Positions 8,823 to 17,970 of a stretch of DNA of 64,000 bases are shown here, piece after piece (the stretch's first letter is position 1; each line of letters opens with the position of its first letter). The stretch spans positions 64,001 through 128,000 of the forward strand of contig JAZAMN010000003.1 in the NCBI GenBank assembly GCA_036229005.1. The letters are read 5' to 3'. The translations under genes were made by a program, and so were the position numbers. The notes under the pieces are model-generated. The model was not told the origin of the DNA. It saw nothing but the letters and a program-made list of their open reading frames with translations, and ran no database searches. The DNA comes from Myxococcota bacterium. GTDB taxonomy: Bacteria > Myxococcota_A > UBA796 > CAJQPC01.

Positions 8823-8847
8823 CGGGAGGAGCGGGCTCGGGGGTCCA

Positions 8848-10209
8848 ATGGGCATGACCGCACACCTTTGGGCCCTCTTGGCCTGCCACAACCCCCCGGA
8901 ACTGACCTGCGCCGTCGAGGCACAACTGCCCGCACCCGAGCCGTGGAGCGAGCAGCCCGGTCACCTGCACCCCTACATCGGCCAGATCGGGAGTTGGGAC
9001 GGCGCGGGCGGCGAACTCGACGGCTCCAGCAAGGTCCCCGCGCTCGACCAGCAGGTCGAAGCGGGCCTGTCCTGGACCTTCATGCCCCTTCACTGGAGCG
9101 AGCTGGAGCCGGACGGCCCGGCGGACCTGAGCGGGCCGCTGCCTCCCGAGTGGGAGGCGCTCGAGGCCTTCGTCCTGGAGGCCCACGCCCGCGGTCTGAA
9201 CGTGCTGGTGCAGGCGCCGGTGGTGGGCGGGAACAACGGGGGGCCGCCCGACTGGGTGGGCGCGGTGGAGAAGGGCCGCTCCGCCCCCGCGGACATGGAG
9301 GCGGCGTTCGACTTCTGCGGGACCCTGGCGCAGCGCTACGCCCCCGGGGGCACCCTCTGGCAGGAGCAGGGCGTGTCCGATTGGGGCGTTCAGGCCTGGG
9401 AGCTCGACAACGAGCCCGGCAGCTACCGCACCCACTGGGAGCAGCAGGAGGAGGACTTTGGCGACTTCTTCGCCGGCTGCGCCCAGGCCATCCGCGGAGT
9501 GGATCCCGACGCGCAGATCGTCGGCCCCGCCCTGGCCGCTGGGCAGGGGAACACCGTCTGGTGGGAGGACGTCCTGGCCAGCGAGGCTGAGCCCGGCCTG
9601 GATCTGAGCGTCTTCTCCTTCCACAGCTACGAGGGCATGGACAGCATCGGCCCCGACCGCCGCAGCGAGTGTGTTCTCTGGGAGCAGTACGGGGCCTACA
9701 GGAGCTGGGCGGAGTCCGCTGGCGTGACGCCGACCACAGCGGCCTGGCATACCGAGGGCGGCTTCGACTTCCTGGGGCGTCTGGGCGGCACCCAGCGGGC
9801 GCGCTGGCGCATGCAGTGGTCCGTCCGCCTACTGGGCCAGGGCGCCCACAAGATCACCTTCAAGGACCCCAAGGACGAAGAGCTGGTCGTCCAGGCCCTG
9901 CTCTCGGAGCACCTGGCGGACCCGTGGCCCCTGGAGGACCGCACCGCGGAGCTGGGACTGGGTGAGTTCGGGGGAGCCTGGGTCCATGAGGAGGAGAATG
10001 GAGGGGCGGTCTGGGTCTTGTGGCCCACCAACGGAGACCCTGCCGACCAGGACATCTGGCTACCCGTGTCCGCCAGCGAGGTGCGGCTGTTCGACTCCTC
10101 CGGAGAGACCTGGACGGAGTCTGCGCAGGACGGGGAGGTGCTCCTGAAGCTCAGAGGGTCCCGCCGATACAGCGAGACCCTCTTGGTTGTCGACCCAGGG
10201 GACGACTAG
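8848..10209 (+). CDS. Lipoprotein glycoside hydrolase, clan GH-A (GH39/GH5-like)
   Basis: LHWSELEP, WELDNEP (acid/base), SFHSY, WHTEGG (nucleophile); lipobox LLAC. Confidence 0.75.
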   Translation: MGMTAHLWALLACHNPPELTCAVEAQLPAPEPWSEQPGHLHPYIGQIGSWDGAGGELDGSSKVPALDQQVEAGLSWTFMPLHWSELEPDGPADLSGPLPPEWEALEAFVLEAHARGLNVLVQAPVVGGNNGGPPDWVGAVEKGRSAPADMEAAFDFCGTLAQRYAPGGTLWQEQGVSDWGVQAWELDNEPGSYRTHWEQQEEDFGDFFAGCAQAIRGVDPDAQIVGPALAAGQGNTVWWEDVLASEAEPGLDLSVFSFHSYEGMDSIGPDRRSECVLWEQYGAYRSWAESAGVTPTTAAWHTEGGFDFLGRLGGTQRARWRMQWSVRLLGQGAHKITFKDPKDEELVVQALLSEHLADPWPLEDRTAELGLGEFGGAWVHEEENGGAVWVLWPTNGDPADQDIWLPVSASEVRLFDSSGETWTESAQDGEVLLKLRGSRRYSETLLVVDPGDD

Positions 10210-10236
10210 CTCCGATCCCCCGGAGGACTAGTCGTC
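10201..10236. terminator. Inverted repeat spanning both stop codons of a convergent gene pair
   Basis: GACGACTAG-CTCCG-ATCCCC-CGGAG-GA-CTAGTCGTC. Confidence 0.45.
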
Positions 10237-11943
10237 GCTGCGCGGGCGACGGCGACGGCGCTTCTTGGCGCCCCCTTCCTTGGCCTTGGCCGCGTCCTTC
10301 GGCTTGGCCGCGTCATTGGGCTTGCTGGGCTTCTTGGCGGCGGGCTTGTCGCCCTTGTCGCCGCGGGGCTTGCGCTCGCCGCGGGGCTTGCGCTCGCCCT
10401 TGTCGTCGTCGCGGCGGCGGCGGCCACGGCCACCCTTGCCACCGCTCTTGCGCTCGGACTTGTCCTCGCGGGCCTCCTTCACGTCGGACACGGAGTCCAG
10501 GCCGCCCTCCTGGGCGCGCTTGTTCCGCTCGGACTCGAAGAAGGTGTAGAGCGCGGTGGCCAGGAGCATGTCGCCCTTGAGGCCGTCCATCTTCTTGAGC
10601 GCCTTGACCAGGCCCAGGTAGCCCTCGAAGGCGGTGGTGCCCATGGCGGACTCGATCGCGGAGACCTGGCGGTCCACGCGGAGCTTGTTGGCTTCTTCTG
10701 CGGTGGGCATGATGCGCTCCTCGAACTGGATGTCGAACTGCCGCTCGAGCACCATGCGGGTGCTCAGGTCGGGGCCGCCGACCAGCGAGATTGCGGTGCC
10801 CTTCTTCCCGATGCGGCCGGTGCGGCCGATGCGGTGCATGTAGACCGCGGGGTCCTGGGGCAGGCTGTAGTTGATGACGTGGGAGAGGTCGGAGATGTCG
10901 ATGCCGCGGGAGGCGACGTCGGTTGCGACCAGGAACTGCACGGCGCCGGACTTGACCCGGGCCATGACCTTCTCGCGCTTGCTCTGGGGCAGCTCACCGC
11001 TGATGAGCTGGGCGTCCAGGCCCTGACGGTCCAGGAAGGTGGCCACGGTGGAGGTGTCTTCGCGCGTGTTGCAGAAGATGATGGTCGAGCCGGGGGTCTC
11101 CTGGTCGATCACCGCGAGCAGGGCCCGCACCTTGTGGAAACCAGGGCTGGTCTCGTACAGGATGTGGTCGATGCCCTCGACCTTGTCCTGGTCGGTGCTC
11201 AGCAGGACCTCGACCGGGTCCTTGAGGTGGCGCTGGATCAGGCGCTTGACCTCGGGGGCCACGGTGGCCGAGAAGAGCAGGGTCTGCGCCTCGGCGGGGC
11301 ACTTCTTGAGGATGCCGGTGACGTCCTTGTAGAAGCCCATCGAGAGCATCTCGTCGGCCTCGTCCAGGCAGTTCACCTTGACCTTGGACAGGTCCAGGTT
11401 GCCGCGGCGGATGTGGTCCGCGACGCGCCCGGGGGTGCCCACCACGATCTCGACGCCCTCCTTGAGGGCCTCTTCCTGGGGGCCCATGGAGACGCCGCCG
11501 TAGATGGCCATCACGCGCACGTCCTTGTGCTTGACGATGGCCCCCAGCTCCTTGGCGATCTGGTTGGCGAGCTCTCGGGTGGGGGAGAGGATGATGCCCT
11601 GGGTCACCCGGGCGCCGCTCTCGACGAGCTCGCAGATGGGGAGGCCGAAGGCGGTGGTCTTTCCGGTGCCGGTCTTGGCCCGGACGAGCATGTCCCGACC
11701 CGCCAGAGCCGGATCGATGCTCTCGGCCTGCACGGGGGTGGCCATGGTGTAGCCCATCTCGTTGAGGCCCTGGAGGAGCTGCTCGGAGATGGGGAAGGAG
11801 TCGAAGCTGCGGCCGGAGTTGTAGTCCTTGCCCTTCCGGCCCGGGGATGCGGGCTGCGCTTCGGCCTGGTTGTCGTTGTTCGCGGCTGTCTCGCCGCTGT
11901 CGGCCGACTGCTCGGCCTCGTTCTCGGAGCGATTCTCGCTCAT
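10228..11943 (-). CDS. DEAD-box ATP-dependent RNA helicase
   Basis: AKTGTGKT, PTRELA, TPGR, LDEAD, SAT, HRIGRTGR; basic low-complexity C-terminal tail. Confidence 0.96.
   Translation of the reverse strand: MSENRSENEAEQSADSGETAANNDNQAEAQPASPGRKGKDYNSGRSFDSFPISEQLLQGLNEMGYTMATPVQAESIDPALAGRDMLVRAKTGTGKTTAFGLPICELVESGARVTQGIILSPTRELANQIAKELGAIVKHKDVRVMAIYGGVSMGPQEEALKEGVEIVVGTPGRVADHIRRGNLDLSKVKVNCLDEADEMLSMGFYKDVTGILKKCPAEAQTLLFSATVAPEVKRLIQRHLKDPVEVLLSTDQDKVEGIDHILYETSPGFHKVRALLAVIDQETPGSTIIFCNTREDTSTVATFLDRQGLDAQLISGELPQSKREKVMARVKSGAVQFLVATDVASRGIDISDLSHVINYSLPQDPAVYMHRIGRTGRIGKKGTAISLVGGPDLSTRMVLERQFDIQFEERIMPTAEEANKLRVDRQVSAIESAMGTTAFEGYLGLVKALKKMDGLKGDMLLATALYTFFESERNKRAQEGGLDSVSDVKEAREDKSERKSGGKGGRGRRRRDDDKGERKPRGERKPRGDKGDKPAAKKPSKPNDAAKPKDAAKAKEGGAKKRRRRRPRSDD
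10358..10398 (-). repeat. 18-bp in-frame tandem repeat (GERKPR x2) in the helicase tail
   Basis: TCGCCGCGGGGCTTGCGC occurs twice in tandem. Confidence 0.7.
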
Positions 11944-12093
11944 TGATTTTTCTCCGCTTTCGCGATGGTGCGCGCTCGGCGCTCTAAACAGGGGCTCTTC
12001 CTATCCCTTGGAGCCCCTGAGCACCACAGGCGGCGGCGGGTGCGGGCCCCTGGACCTCTGGTTAGAGCCGCCACCTTCAGGCAGGAGCCACTG

Positions 12094-13071
12094 GTGGAGC
12101 AGCGCGCGCAAGACCTCGCCCAGATGCTGGAGGGTGCCCAGCGGGTGCTCTTGACCGGCCCCGTCGATCCGGACGGCGACTCCATCGGGGCCTGTCTGGC
12201 CCTGTCCCAGATGGTCCAACAGCGCTTCCCGACGGTGCAGGTCCAGGTCGCTGGAGACCCCGGGTTCCGCTACGCCAGGCTGCCCGGCGCGGACGGCATG
12301 ATCCCTGACGCACAGGTTGGGCTGGACCACGATCTGGTGGTGGTGATGGACGGCGACAAGGATCGCCTGCACCCCCAGGTGGAGGCGGCGTTCAAGGCCG
12401 CTGGGGCTCGCGTGATCGTGGACCACCACCGGACGACGGGCACCGACGGCTACGACCTGGCCATCCTGGAGCCCCAGGCCGAGAGCACCTGCGGCATGGT
12501 CCTGCGCATCCTGGACGCCTGGGGGTTGTCCCTGGACGCCGCGATCGCCGCGAACCTCTACACCGGGCTGATCTTCGACACCGGCGGCTTCCGCTACACC
12601 AACACCAGCGCGCAGACCCTGCGGGACGCCGCCCGGATGCTGGAGACCGGCATCGATCACGCCCAGCTCTCCATCAACACCCTGATGGAGCGTCGGGCGC
12701 AGGGGATGCGGCTGAACGCCCGGGTGCTGGATACCGCGGAGTTCTCGCTGGGCGGGGAGCTGCTCTGCGGGGTTGTGACCCAGGCGCTGCTCAGCGAGCT
12801 CGGGGCCACACGCGCCGACGTGGAGGGCATCGTGGATGCGATGGTCTACGTGGCGGGCGTCCAGGTCGCGGTCCTGTTCATCGAGCGCGGGCCGGGGGCG
12901 ATCAAGCTGTCCTTCCGGAGCCGGGGTCGCGTGGACGTCGCCGCGGTGGCCCGCAGCCTCACCGAGCGGGGAGGGGGGCACGCCAAGGCCGCCGGGGCCT
13001 CGATGGAGGGAGGCATGGACCAGGTGCGGGCGCAGACGGTCGCTGCGCTGGAGGCTGCGCTGCGGGGCTGA
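12094..13071 (+). CDS. nrnA: DHH/DHHA1 phosphoesterase (NrnA-like oligoribonuclease/PAP phosphatase)
   Basis: DPDGDSIG, VDHH, DTGGF, SFRS, GGGHAKAAG; GTG start with CAGGAG RBS. Confidence 0.88.
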   Translation: MEQRAQDLAQMLEGAQRVLLTGPVDPDGDSIGACLALSQMVQQRFPTVQVQVAGDPGFRYARLPGADGMIPDAQVGLDHDLVVVMDGDKDRLHPQVEAAFKAAGARVIVDHHRTTGTDGYDLAILEPQAESTCGMVLRILDAWGLSLDAAIAANLYTGLIFDTGGFRYTNTSAQTLRDAARMLETGIDHAQLSINTLMERRAQGMRLNARVLDTAEFSLGGELLCGVVTQALLSELGATRADVEGIVDAMVYVAGVQVAVLFIERGPGAIKLSFRSRGRVDVAAVARSLTERGGGHAKAAGASMEGGMDQVRAQTVAALEAALRG

Positions 13072-13082
13072 ACCCTTCGCCC

Positions 13083-13955
13083 TCAGTGCTGCTCGTCGAA
13101 GCCCACGCTCCCGCCAACCGGGAGCAGGCAGGGCTCGTGTCCGCAGCTTCGGATCTCGCCCAGGAAGCCGGGCAGATCCACGCCGGGGAGACAGCGGGTG
13201 GGCTTGGACAGGGGGCCAAAGAACCAGTCCCAGTGGCAGGGGACCACCAGCTTGGGCTTGAGTGCCGCCAGGATCTCCTGCGTGTAGCCGGGGCGGTACT
13301 TGCGGCCGATGGCGCAGAGGCACACCACATCGGCCTCCAGGCCCTGCAGCAGCTCGGTGCGGTAGTCGGCGGAGTCCACGTGGACCACCTTGAGGCCGCC
13401 CCAGTTCACCCACCAGGTGTAGACCGCGCCGTGGCGCAGATCCGTGGTCCTGGGCGGCCAGCGGACGGGCTTGGGGATGTCCCCGGCCAGGCTGACCCGG
13501 TTGAAGTAGACCCGCCCGTGCTGGCTGGGGAGCGCCCTGGCGATGCCACCCGACAGCTCGATGTCCTCGTTCTCGGGCACGATGCGGATCTGGTGTTCGG
13601 GCAGCCCATAGCCCCGGGCGATGTTGGCGGTGTCGACGCTGCCCCACAGAGTCGCTCCCGTCTGCTCACAGAGAGCGGGGGCATCCAGGGCGTGATCGTA
13701 GTGGGAGTGGCCCACGAGCACGTCGTCCGCGCGGGGGATCTCGCGGCGCAGGGTCGCCTTGTCCACGGGGAGGGGGAGCAGGGCGGTCCGCAGCAGGCCG
13801 GGACGGCTGATGAAGGGGTCGAACACCAGGGTCTTCTGGCCGGACTCCAGGGTGAACCCCGCCGTGCCCAGCCAACGCAGGGTGTGGTGGCCCTTGAAGG
13901 GGCCCTGCCAGTACCCCTCGGTGGGGGCGGGCCGCGTGGCCAGGCGCCGGATCAT
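13083..13955 (-). CDS. Metallo-beta-lactamase fold hydrolase
   Basis: WLGTAGF, FDPF, GHSHYDHALD, VPCHWD; ATGA overlap with the upstream lipoprotein. Confidence 0.88.
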   Translation of the reverse strand: MIRRLATRPAPTEGYWQGPFKGHHTLRWLGTAGFTLESGQKTLVFDPFISRPGLLRTALLPLPVDKATLRREIPRADDVLVGHSHYDHALDAPALCEQTGATLWGSVDTANIARGYGLPEHQIRIVPENEDIELSGGIARALPSQHGRVYFNRVSLAGDIPKPVRWPPRTTDLRHGAVYTWWVNWGGLKVVHVDSADYRTELLQGLEADVVCLCAIGRKYRPGYTQEILAALKPKLVVPCHWDWFFGPLSKPTRCLPGVDLPGFLGEIRSCGHEPCLLPVGGSVGFDEQH

Positions 13956-14329
13956 TCGGCGTCGGCGGGGGGCTCGACCGTGGCCTGCTCGCCGCCCTTG
14001 GGGGTGATCTCCAGGCCGTCGCCCTCCTGCACCAGGCCCACCTGGGAGAGGTCCAGCACGCAGGCGCGCTCGGCCATGCCGACGACCTTGGTCCCGGGTT
14101 CGATGGCGACCACGCGCTGGCTGACGCCGGCGTCGATGAAGCCGGTGGTGCACTGGGGGGGCGTGCAGCCGGCCACGTACTCTTCGCCCTTGAGGGTCAT
14201 CTTGGCGGAGCAGGCGGTCTCGTACGTGGAGCCGATGCCCTGGGTCATGGACATGGACTCGGCGCAGCCGCTGAGCAGGCCGAGGCCCACCAGGGCGAAC
14301 AGAGCGGACGGGAGGGTGTGTGCACGCAT
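13952..14329 (-). CDS. Small lipoprotein, hypothetical
   Basis: MRAHTLPSALFALVGLGLLSGC lipobox; four further Cys. Confidence 0.75.
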   Translation of the reverse strand: MRAHTLPSALFALVGLGLLSGCAESMSMTQGIGSTYETACSAKMTLKGEEYVAGCTPPQCTTGFIDAGVSQRVVAIEPGTKVVGMAERACVLDLSQVGLVQEGDGLEITPKGGEQATVEPPADAE

Positions 14330-14410
14330 GCCCAGGGTCTAACCAAGGCATCGGAGGCTGGCCCGAGACTCCTCTCCCAGAGGGCGCGAGAGGGGGTTAG
14401 TCGGCGGCCC

Positions 14411-15157
14411 ATGCAGCTCACACCCTCCGAAGACGAGAGCCTCGACCAGCTTGTCGGGGACTGGCGGATCTTCCAACTCCGCCGCGGCCACCGCTTCTCC
14501 ACCGACGACCTGCTGACGGCCTGGAAGGCCTCCCAGGTGCGTCCCCAGGCCAGGCGCTACTGCGATCTGGGCTCGGGCATCGGCTCGGTGGGCCTGATGA
14601 CCCTGTGGAACCTCCCCCGGGACGCCCACATGACCACGGTGGAGGTCCAGGAGGTCTCCTACAAGCTCGCCCAGCGCAGCATGGCCATCAACGGCCTGCA
14701 GGACCGCACGCGGCTGCTGCACGGAGACATGCGCGAGACCGACGCTGGCGGCCCCTACGAGCTGGTCACCGGCTCGCCGCCCTACATCCCCCTGGGCAAG
14801 GGCGTGGTCAGCCCGCACCCCCAGCGCGCTGGCTGCCGCATGGAGCTCAAGGGCAGCGTGTTCGACTACTGCGAGGCCGCCGCCCGCATCCTGGAGCCGG
14901 GCGGGCGCTTCGTGTTCTGCCACAGCGGCGTGGACCCCCGGCCCGAGCAGGCGATCCCCGCGGCGGGGCTGACGCTGCTGGAGCGCCAGGACGTCTACTT
15001 CCGCGTGGGCAAGCCCCCGACCATCGCGCTGTTCGTGTGCGCCTGGGAGGGCGAGCGGCAGGACGCCGAGCCGCTGGTGATCCGGGACGAGGCCGGCCAG
15101 TTCACCGCCGCCTACCGCAAGGCGCAGGCGGAGATGGGGAACGCCGGCAAGGGCTGA
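14411..15157 (+). CDS. SAM-dependent methyltransferase, TrmN6/YfiC (tRNA1Val A37 N6)-like
   Basis: GHRFSTDDLL, DLGSGIG, GSPPY, CRMEL. Confidence 0.82.
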   Translation: MQLTPSEDESLDQLVGDWRIFQLRRGHRFSTDDLLTAWKASQVRPQARRYCDLGSGIGSVGLMTLWNLPRDAHMTTVEVQEVSYKLAQRSMAINGLQDRTRLLHGDMRETDAGGPYELVTGSPPYIPLGKGVVSPHPQRAGCRMELKGSVFDYCEAAARILEPGGRFVFCHSGVDPRPEQAIPAAGLTLLERQDVYFRVGKPPTIALFVCAWEGERQDAEPLVIRDEAGQFTAAYRKAQAEMGNAGKG

Positions 15158-15161
15158 GCGC

Positions 15162-17072
15162 TCAGGCCGCCTGCTTGAGGCTCCGCGCCGGCAGCGTGAA
15201 GGTGAAGCAGGTTCCAGCGCCCGCCGCGCTCCGCACGGTGACCTGGCCCTCCAGGCGCTCCAGCGCGGCCTTGACGGAGGCGGTCCCGACGCCGCGGCCC
15301 GAGAGCTCACTGACCTCCTCGCGGGTGCTCAGGCCGTCGCTGAACATCGCCGCGACCCGATCTGAGTGGGTGGAGAAGGGGAGCCCGGCCGCCCTCGCCT
15401 TCACCTCCAGCTTCTCCCACTGGATGCCCCGGCCATCGTCCTCGACCTCCAGGTGAAGGCCGTCGGGGCGCTGGAGGAGCCGGAGACCCACCCGCGCCGT
15501 AGGGGGCTTGCCCAGGGCGGCGCGCTCCTCGGGCGGCTCGATGCCGTGGTCGACGCTGTTGCGCAGCAGGTGGACCAGGGTGGACAGGAAGCGGCTCCAC
15601 TCCGGGCTGCCCACGCGCACGTCGTCGGCCTCCACCCGGCACTCCAGCGGCTTGCCGACCCGCGCACCCAGGGCCTCGGCGCTGCGGGCCAGTCGCTCCA
15701 GGCTTCGGCTCGCGGGCTCGTGGCGAAGAGATGCCAGGGCCTCGCTGAGGGCGTCGTAGGGTACACGCGCTCGCACCTGGGCCTCGAGCCGCTGCAGATC
15801 CTCCTCCCGGATGTCCAGGCCGTTGTCCCCCAGCCAGCCCTGGATCGGCGCGATGGCCTCGTTCCAGAGGCCCTCCAGGTGCCGGTGCTCCTCTTCGGTG
15901 GGGCAACGATTCAGCTCCAAGCAGAGGTCCTCCAGCCGGTGAGCGGCCTCGGCCACGCGCGTGAGCCCGTAGAGCCCAACGCTCCCCTTGAGGGTGTGGA
16001 GCGCCCGCATGGCCTCGACGCGAGATCCCGGCGCCTTCAGGGCCTGGAGAAGCGCCTCCATCTCCTCGACGAAGGACACGACGCCACCCCGGTCCTGCCG
16101 CAGGTGGTGGATCAGCTCGGCGGTCTGGAGCTGGGCGGCCTCCGCGTCGGCGCGGGCCACCTCGTCGCTGCGGTCGCTCAGGATCGCGAGCCAGCGTCCG
16201 TCCTCCATCGGCTCCAGGGCGAGCCCCAGGGTGCGCTCTCCGCAGCGGATCGCCTTGGGGAGCTGCTGCATGGCGACCTCCTGCGGCAGCAGCCCTTCGG
16301 AGAGGCTCTCAAGCGCGAGGTCCAGCCAGTCTCCGGCCAGAGGATCCTGCTGGGCCACCCAGTCCGCCAGGTGGCCTGACGCCGGGCGCTCCCCCAACCA
16401 GGCCTCGAACTTGGCGGAGGTCTCCCGGCCAACGCGGCCATCCCGGAGCACGGCTGCGAACCCCTGCGAGGCTGCATCCACCAGCATCCGGGTCTCCGCT
16501 CGGCGGGTCTCCAGGGCCTCCAGGGCTCTCAGTCGTGCGGACTCGAAGAGCGCCGCGAGGCCCCAGGCCAGCAGGTTGACGATGACCCGGCTGACCGCGA
16601 ACACCTCGGGGGGATCCAGCTCCGCAGGCCAGCTCGCGGGATCCACCTGGAGGGTGAGGCCGACCACCAGCAGGATGTCGATCAGGAGCCAGGCGAGCGA
16701 CTGCCGGTTGCCCATCAGCAGGACCGCCATGAAGGGCCCCAGCGGGATCCAGCCGGCGGGGGAGGAGAGCAGGCCCCCCTTCTGCTGGCACGCGATCACG
16801 ATGCCCGCAGTGGTCGCCGCCAGCAGCAGGTGTGGGGTGAGCTTCCAGGCCTGGGTCTGGGCCAACAGGGGGATGCCCAGCAGGATCGAGAGGCCAAAGG
16901 CGAGCGACACCAGGCTCGCGGTGGGGTTGCTGCTGAGCCCGACCAGCGCGAACACCGCGGCCATCGCCCCGGTCACCAGCGCGAACCCGATGGTCAGGCT
17001 CACCCGATGGCGGGCGTGACGGGGGAGCCCCGCTGGCAGCAGTCGGGTCCAGAGCGCTTGGAACATATGCAC
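15162..17072 (-). CDS. Membrane-bound CheA-like histidine kinase (multi-TM sensor, Hpt, HATPase; no CheW domain)
   Basis: About 5-6 TM helices; Hpt RALHTLKG; HLLRNSVDHGIE, EDDGRG, DGLST, SGRGVG; ends right after the ATPase domain. Confidence 0.88.
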   Translation of the reverse strand: MHMFQALWTRLLPAGLPRHARHRVSLTIGFALVTGAMAAVFALVGLSSNPTASLVSLAFGLSILLGIPLLAQTQAWKLTPHLLLAATTAGIVIACQQKGGLLSSPAGWIPLGPFMAVLLMGNRQSLAWLLIDILLVVGLTLQVDPASWPAELDPPEVFAVSRVIVNLLAWGLAALFESARLRALEALETRRAETRMLVDAASQGFAAVLRDGRVGRETSAKFEAWLGERPASGHLADWVAQQDPLAGDWLDLALESLSEGLLPQEVAMQQLPKAIRCGERTLGLALEPMEDGRWLAILSDRSDEVARADAEAAQLQTAELIHHLRQDRGGVVSFVEEMEALLQALKAPGSRVEAMRALHTLKGSVGLYGLTRVAEAAHRLEDLCLELNRCPTEEEHRHLEGLWNEAIAPIQGWLGDNGLDIREEDLQRLEAQVRARVPYDALSEALASLRHEPASRSLERLARSAEALGARVGKPLECRVEADDVRVGSPEWSRFLSTLVHLLRNSVDHGIEPPEERAALGKPPTARVGLRLLQRPDGLHLEVEDDGRGIQWEKLEVKARAAGLPFSTHSDRVAAMFSDGLSTREEVSELSGRGVGTASVKAALERLEGQVTVRSAAGAGTCFTFTLPARSLKQAA

Positions 17073-17124
17073 CTTCCAAGCGGCCTATCGGAATCGCCAG
17101 CGGCTACCGTGAGCGCTCAGCCCC

Positions 17125-17970
17125 TCAGGGCGCCCAGTCCACCGGCACCGGCGCGTGCAACAGGCCCGCCGCGAAGGCGCGCTCGTAGAGCACCCGCAGT
17201 CCCTCGCGGGCGCGGTCGGAGTAGCTCAAGGTGTCCGCGTTGGCGTACATGTCCAGATATTGGGACACCCGATCCGCGGTGGGCAGAGCCCCTCCTCGCT
17301 CCAGCAGCCAGTTGATGGCTTCTTCCCGGTTGTCCAGGGCGTGGGCGATGGACTGGCGCATGATCTCGGAGGCCTGCGCGATGCGCTCGGGGCCCAGATC
17401 GCGGCGGATGACGTTCCCGCCCAGAGGCAGGGGCAGGCCGGTCTGCTGCATCCACCACTCCCCGATGTCGGCGACGCGGTGGAACCCCTCGGTCTCGTAG
17501 GTCAGGCGCCCCTCGTGGATGACCAGGCCCGCGTCGATCTCGCCGGAGCGCAGGGCGTCGAAGATGGCCGTGTAGGGTGTGATCGGGACGACGGTGGGGA
17601 CCAGGTCGGGCACCATGAGTCGGAGCACCATCCAGGCCGTTGTCGTCTCTCCAGGGATGGCCACCCGCTTGCCGGCGAGGTCACCAAGGCCCATGGGCTG
17701 GGGTGAGATGACCACCGGGCCGTAGCCGTCACCGACGCTGCCGCCGTGGGGCAGGAGCTGCCACTTGTCCGCGATGCGCGGGTAGTAGCCGATGCTCACT
17801 GCGCTCACGTGGGGCGGGTCGGAGCTGGCGATGCGGTTGAGGGCGTCGGTGTCCCGGGTGTCGATGTCCCACCCAAAGGGCCCGGGGTCGATCAGCCCCA
17901 GCATCAGGGCGCGGAACATGAACAGGTCGTCGGCGTCCGGGCTGCAGAGCACCTTGAGGCGGGTGGTCAT
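17125..17970 (-). CDS. mqnD: MqnD/MqnA-family futalosine-pathway menaquinone biosynthesis protein (MqnD-like)
   Basis: SPDADDLFMF, SVGDGYGP, IPGETTTA, GLVIHEGRLTY, LPLPLGG. Confidence 0.85.
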   Translation of the reverse strand: MTTRLKVLCSPDADDLFMFRALMLGLIDPGPFGWDIDTRDTDALNRIASSDPPHVSAVSIGYYPRIADKWQLLPHGGSVGDGYGPVVISPQPMGLGDLAGKRVAIPGETTTAWMVLRLMVPDLVPTVVPITPYTAIFDALRSGEIDAGLVIHEGRLTYETEGFHRVADIGEWWMQQTGLPLPLGGNVIRRDLGPERIAQASEIMRQSIAHALDNREEAINWLLERGGALPTADRVSQYLDMYANADTLSYSDRAREGLRVLYERAFAAGLLHAPVPVDWAP

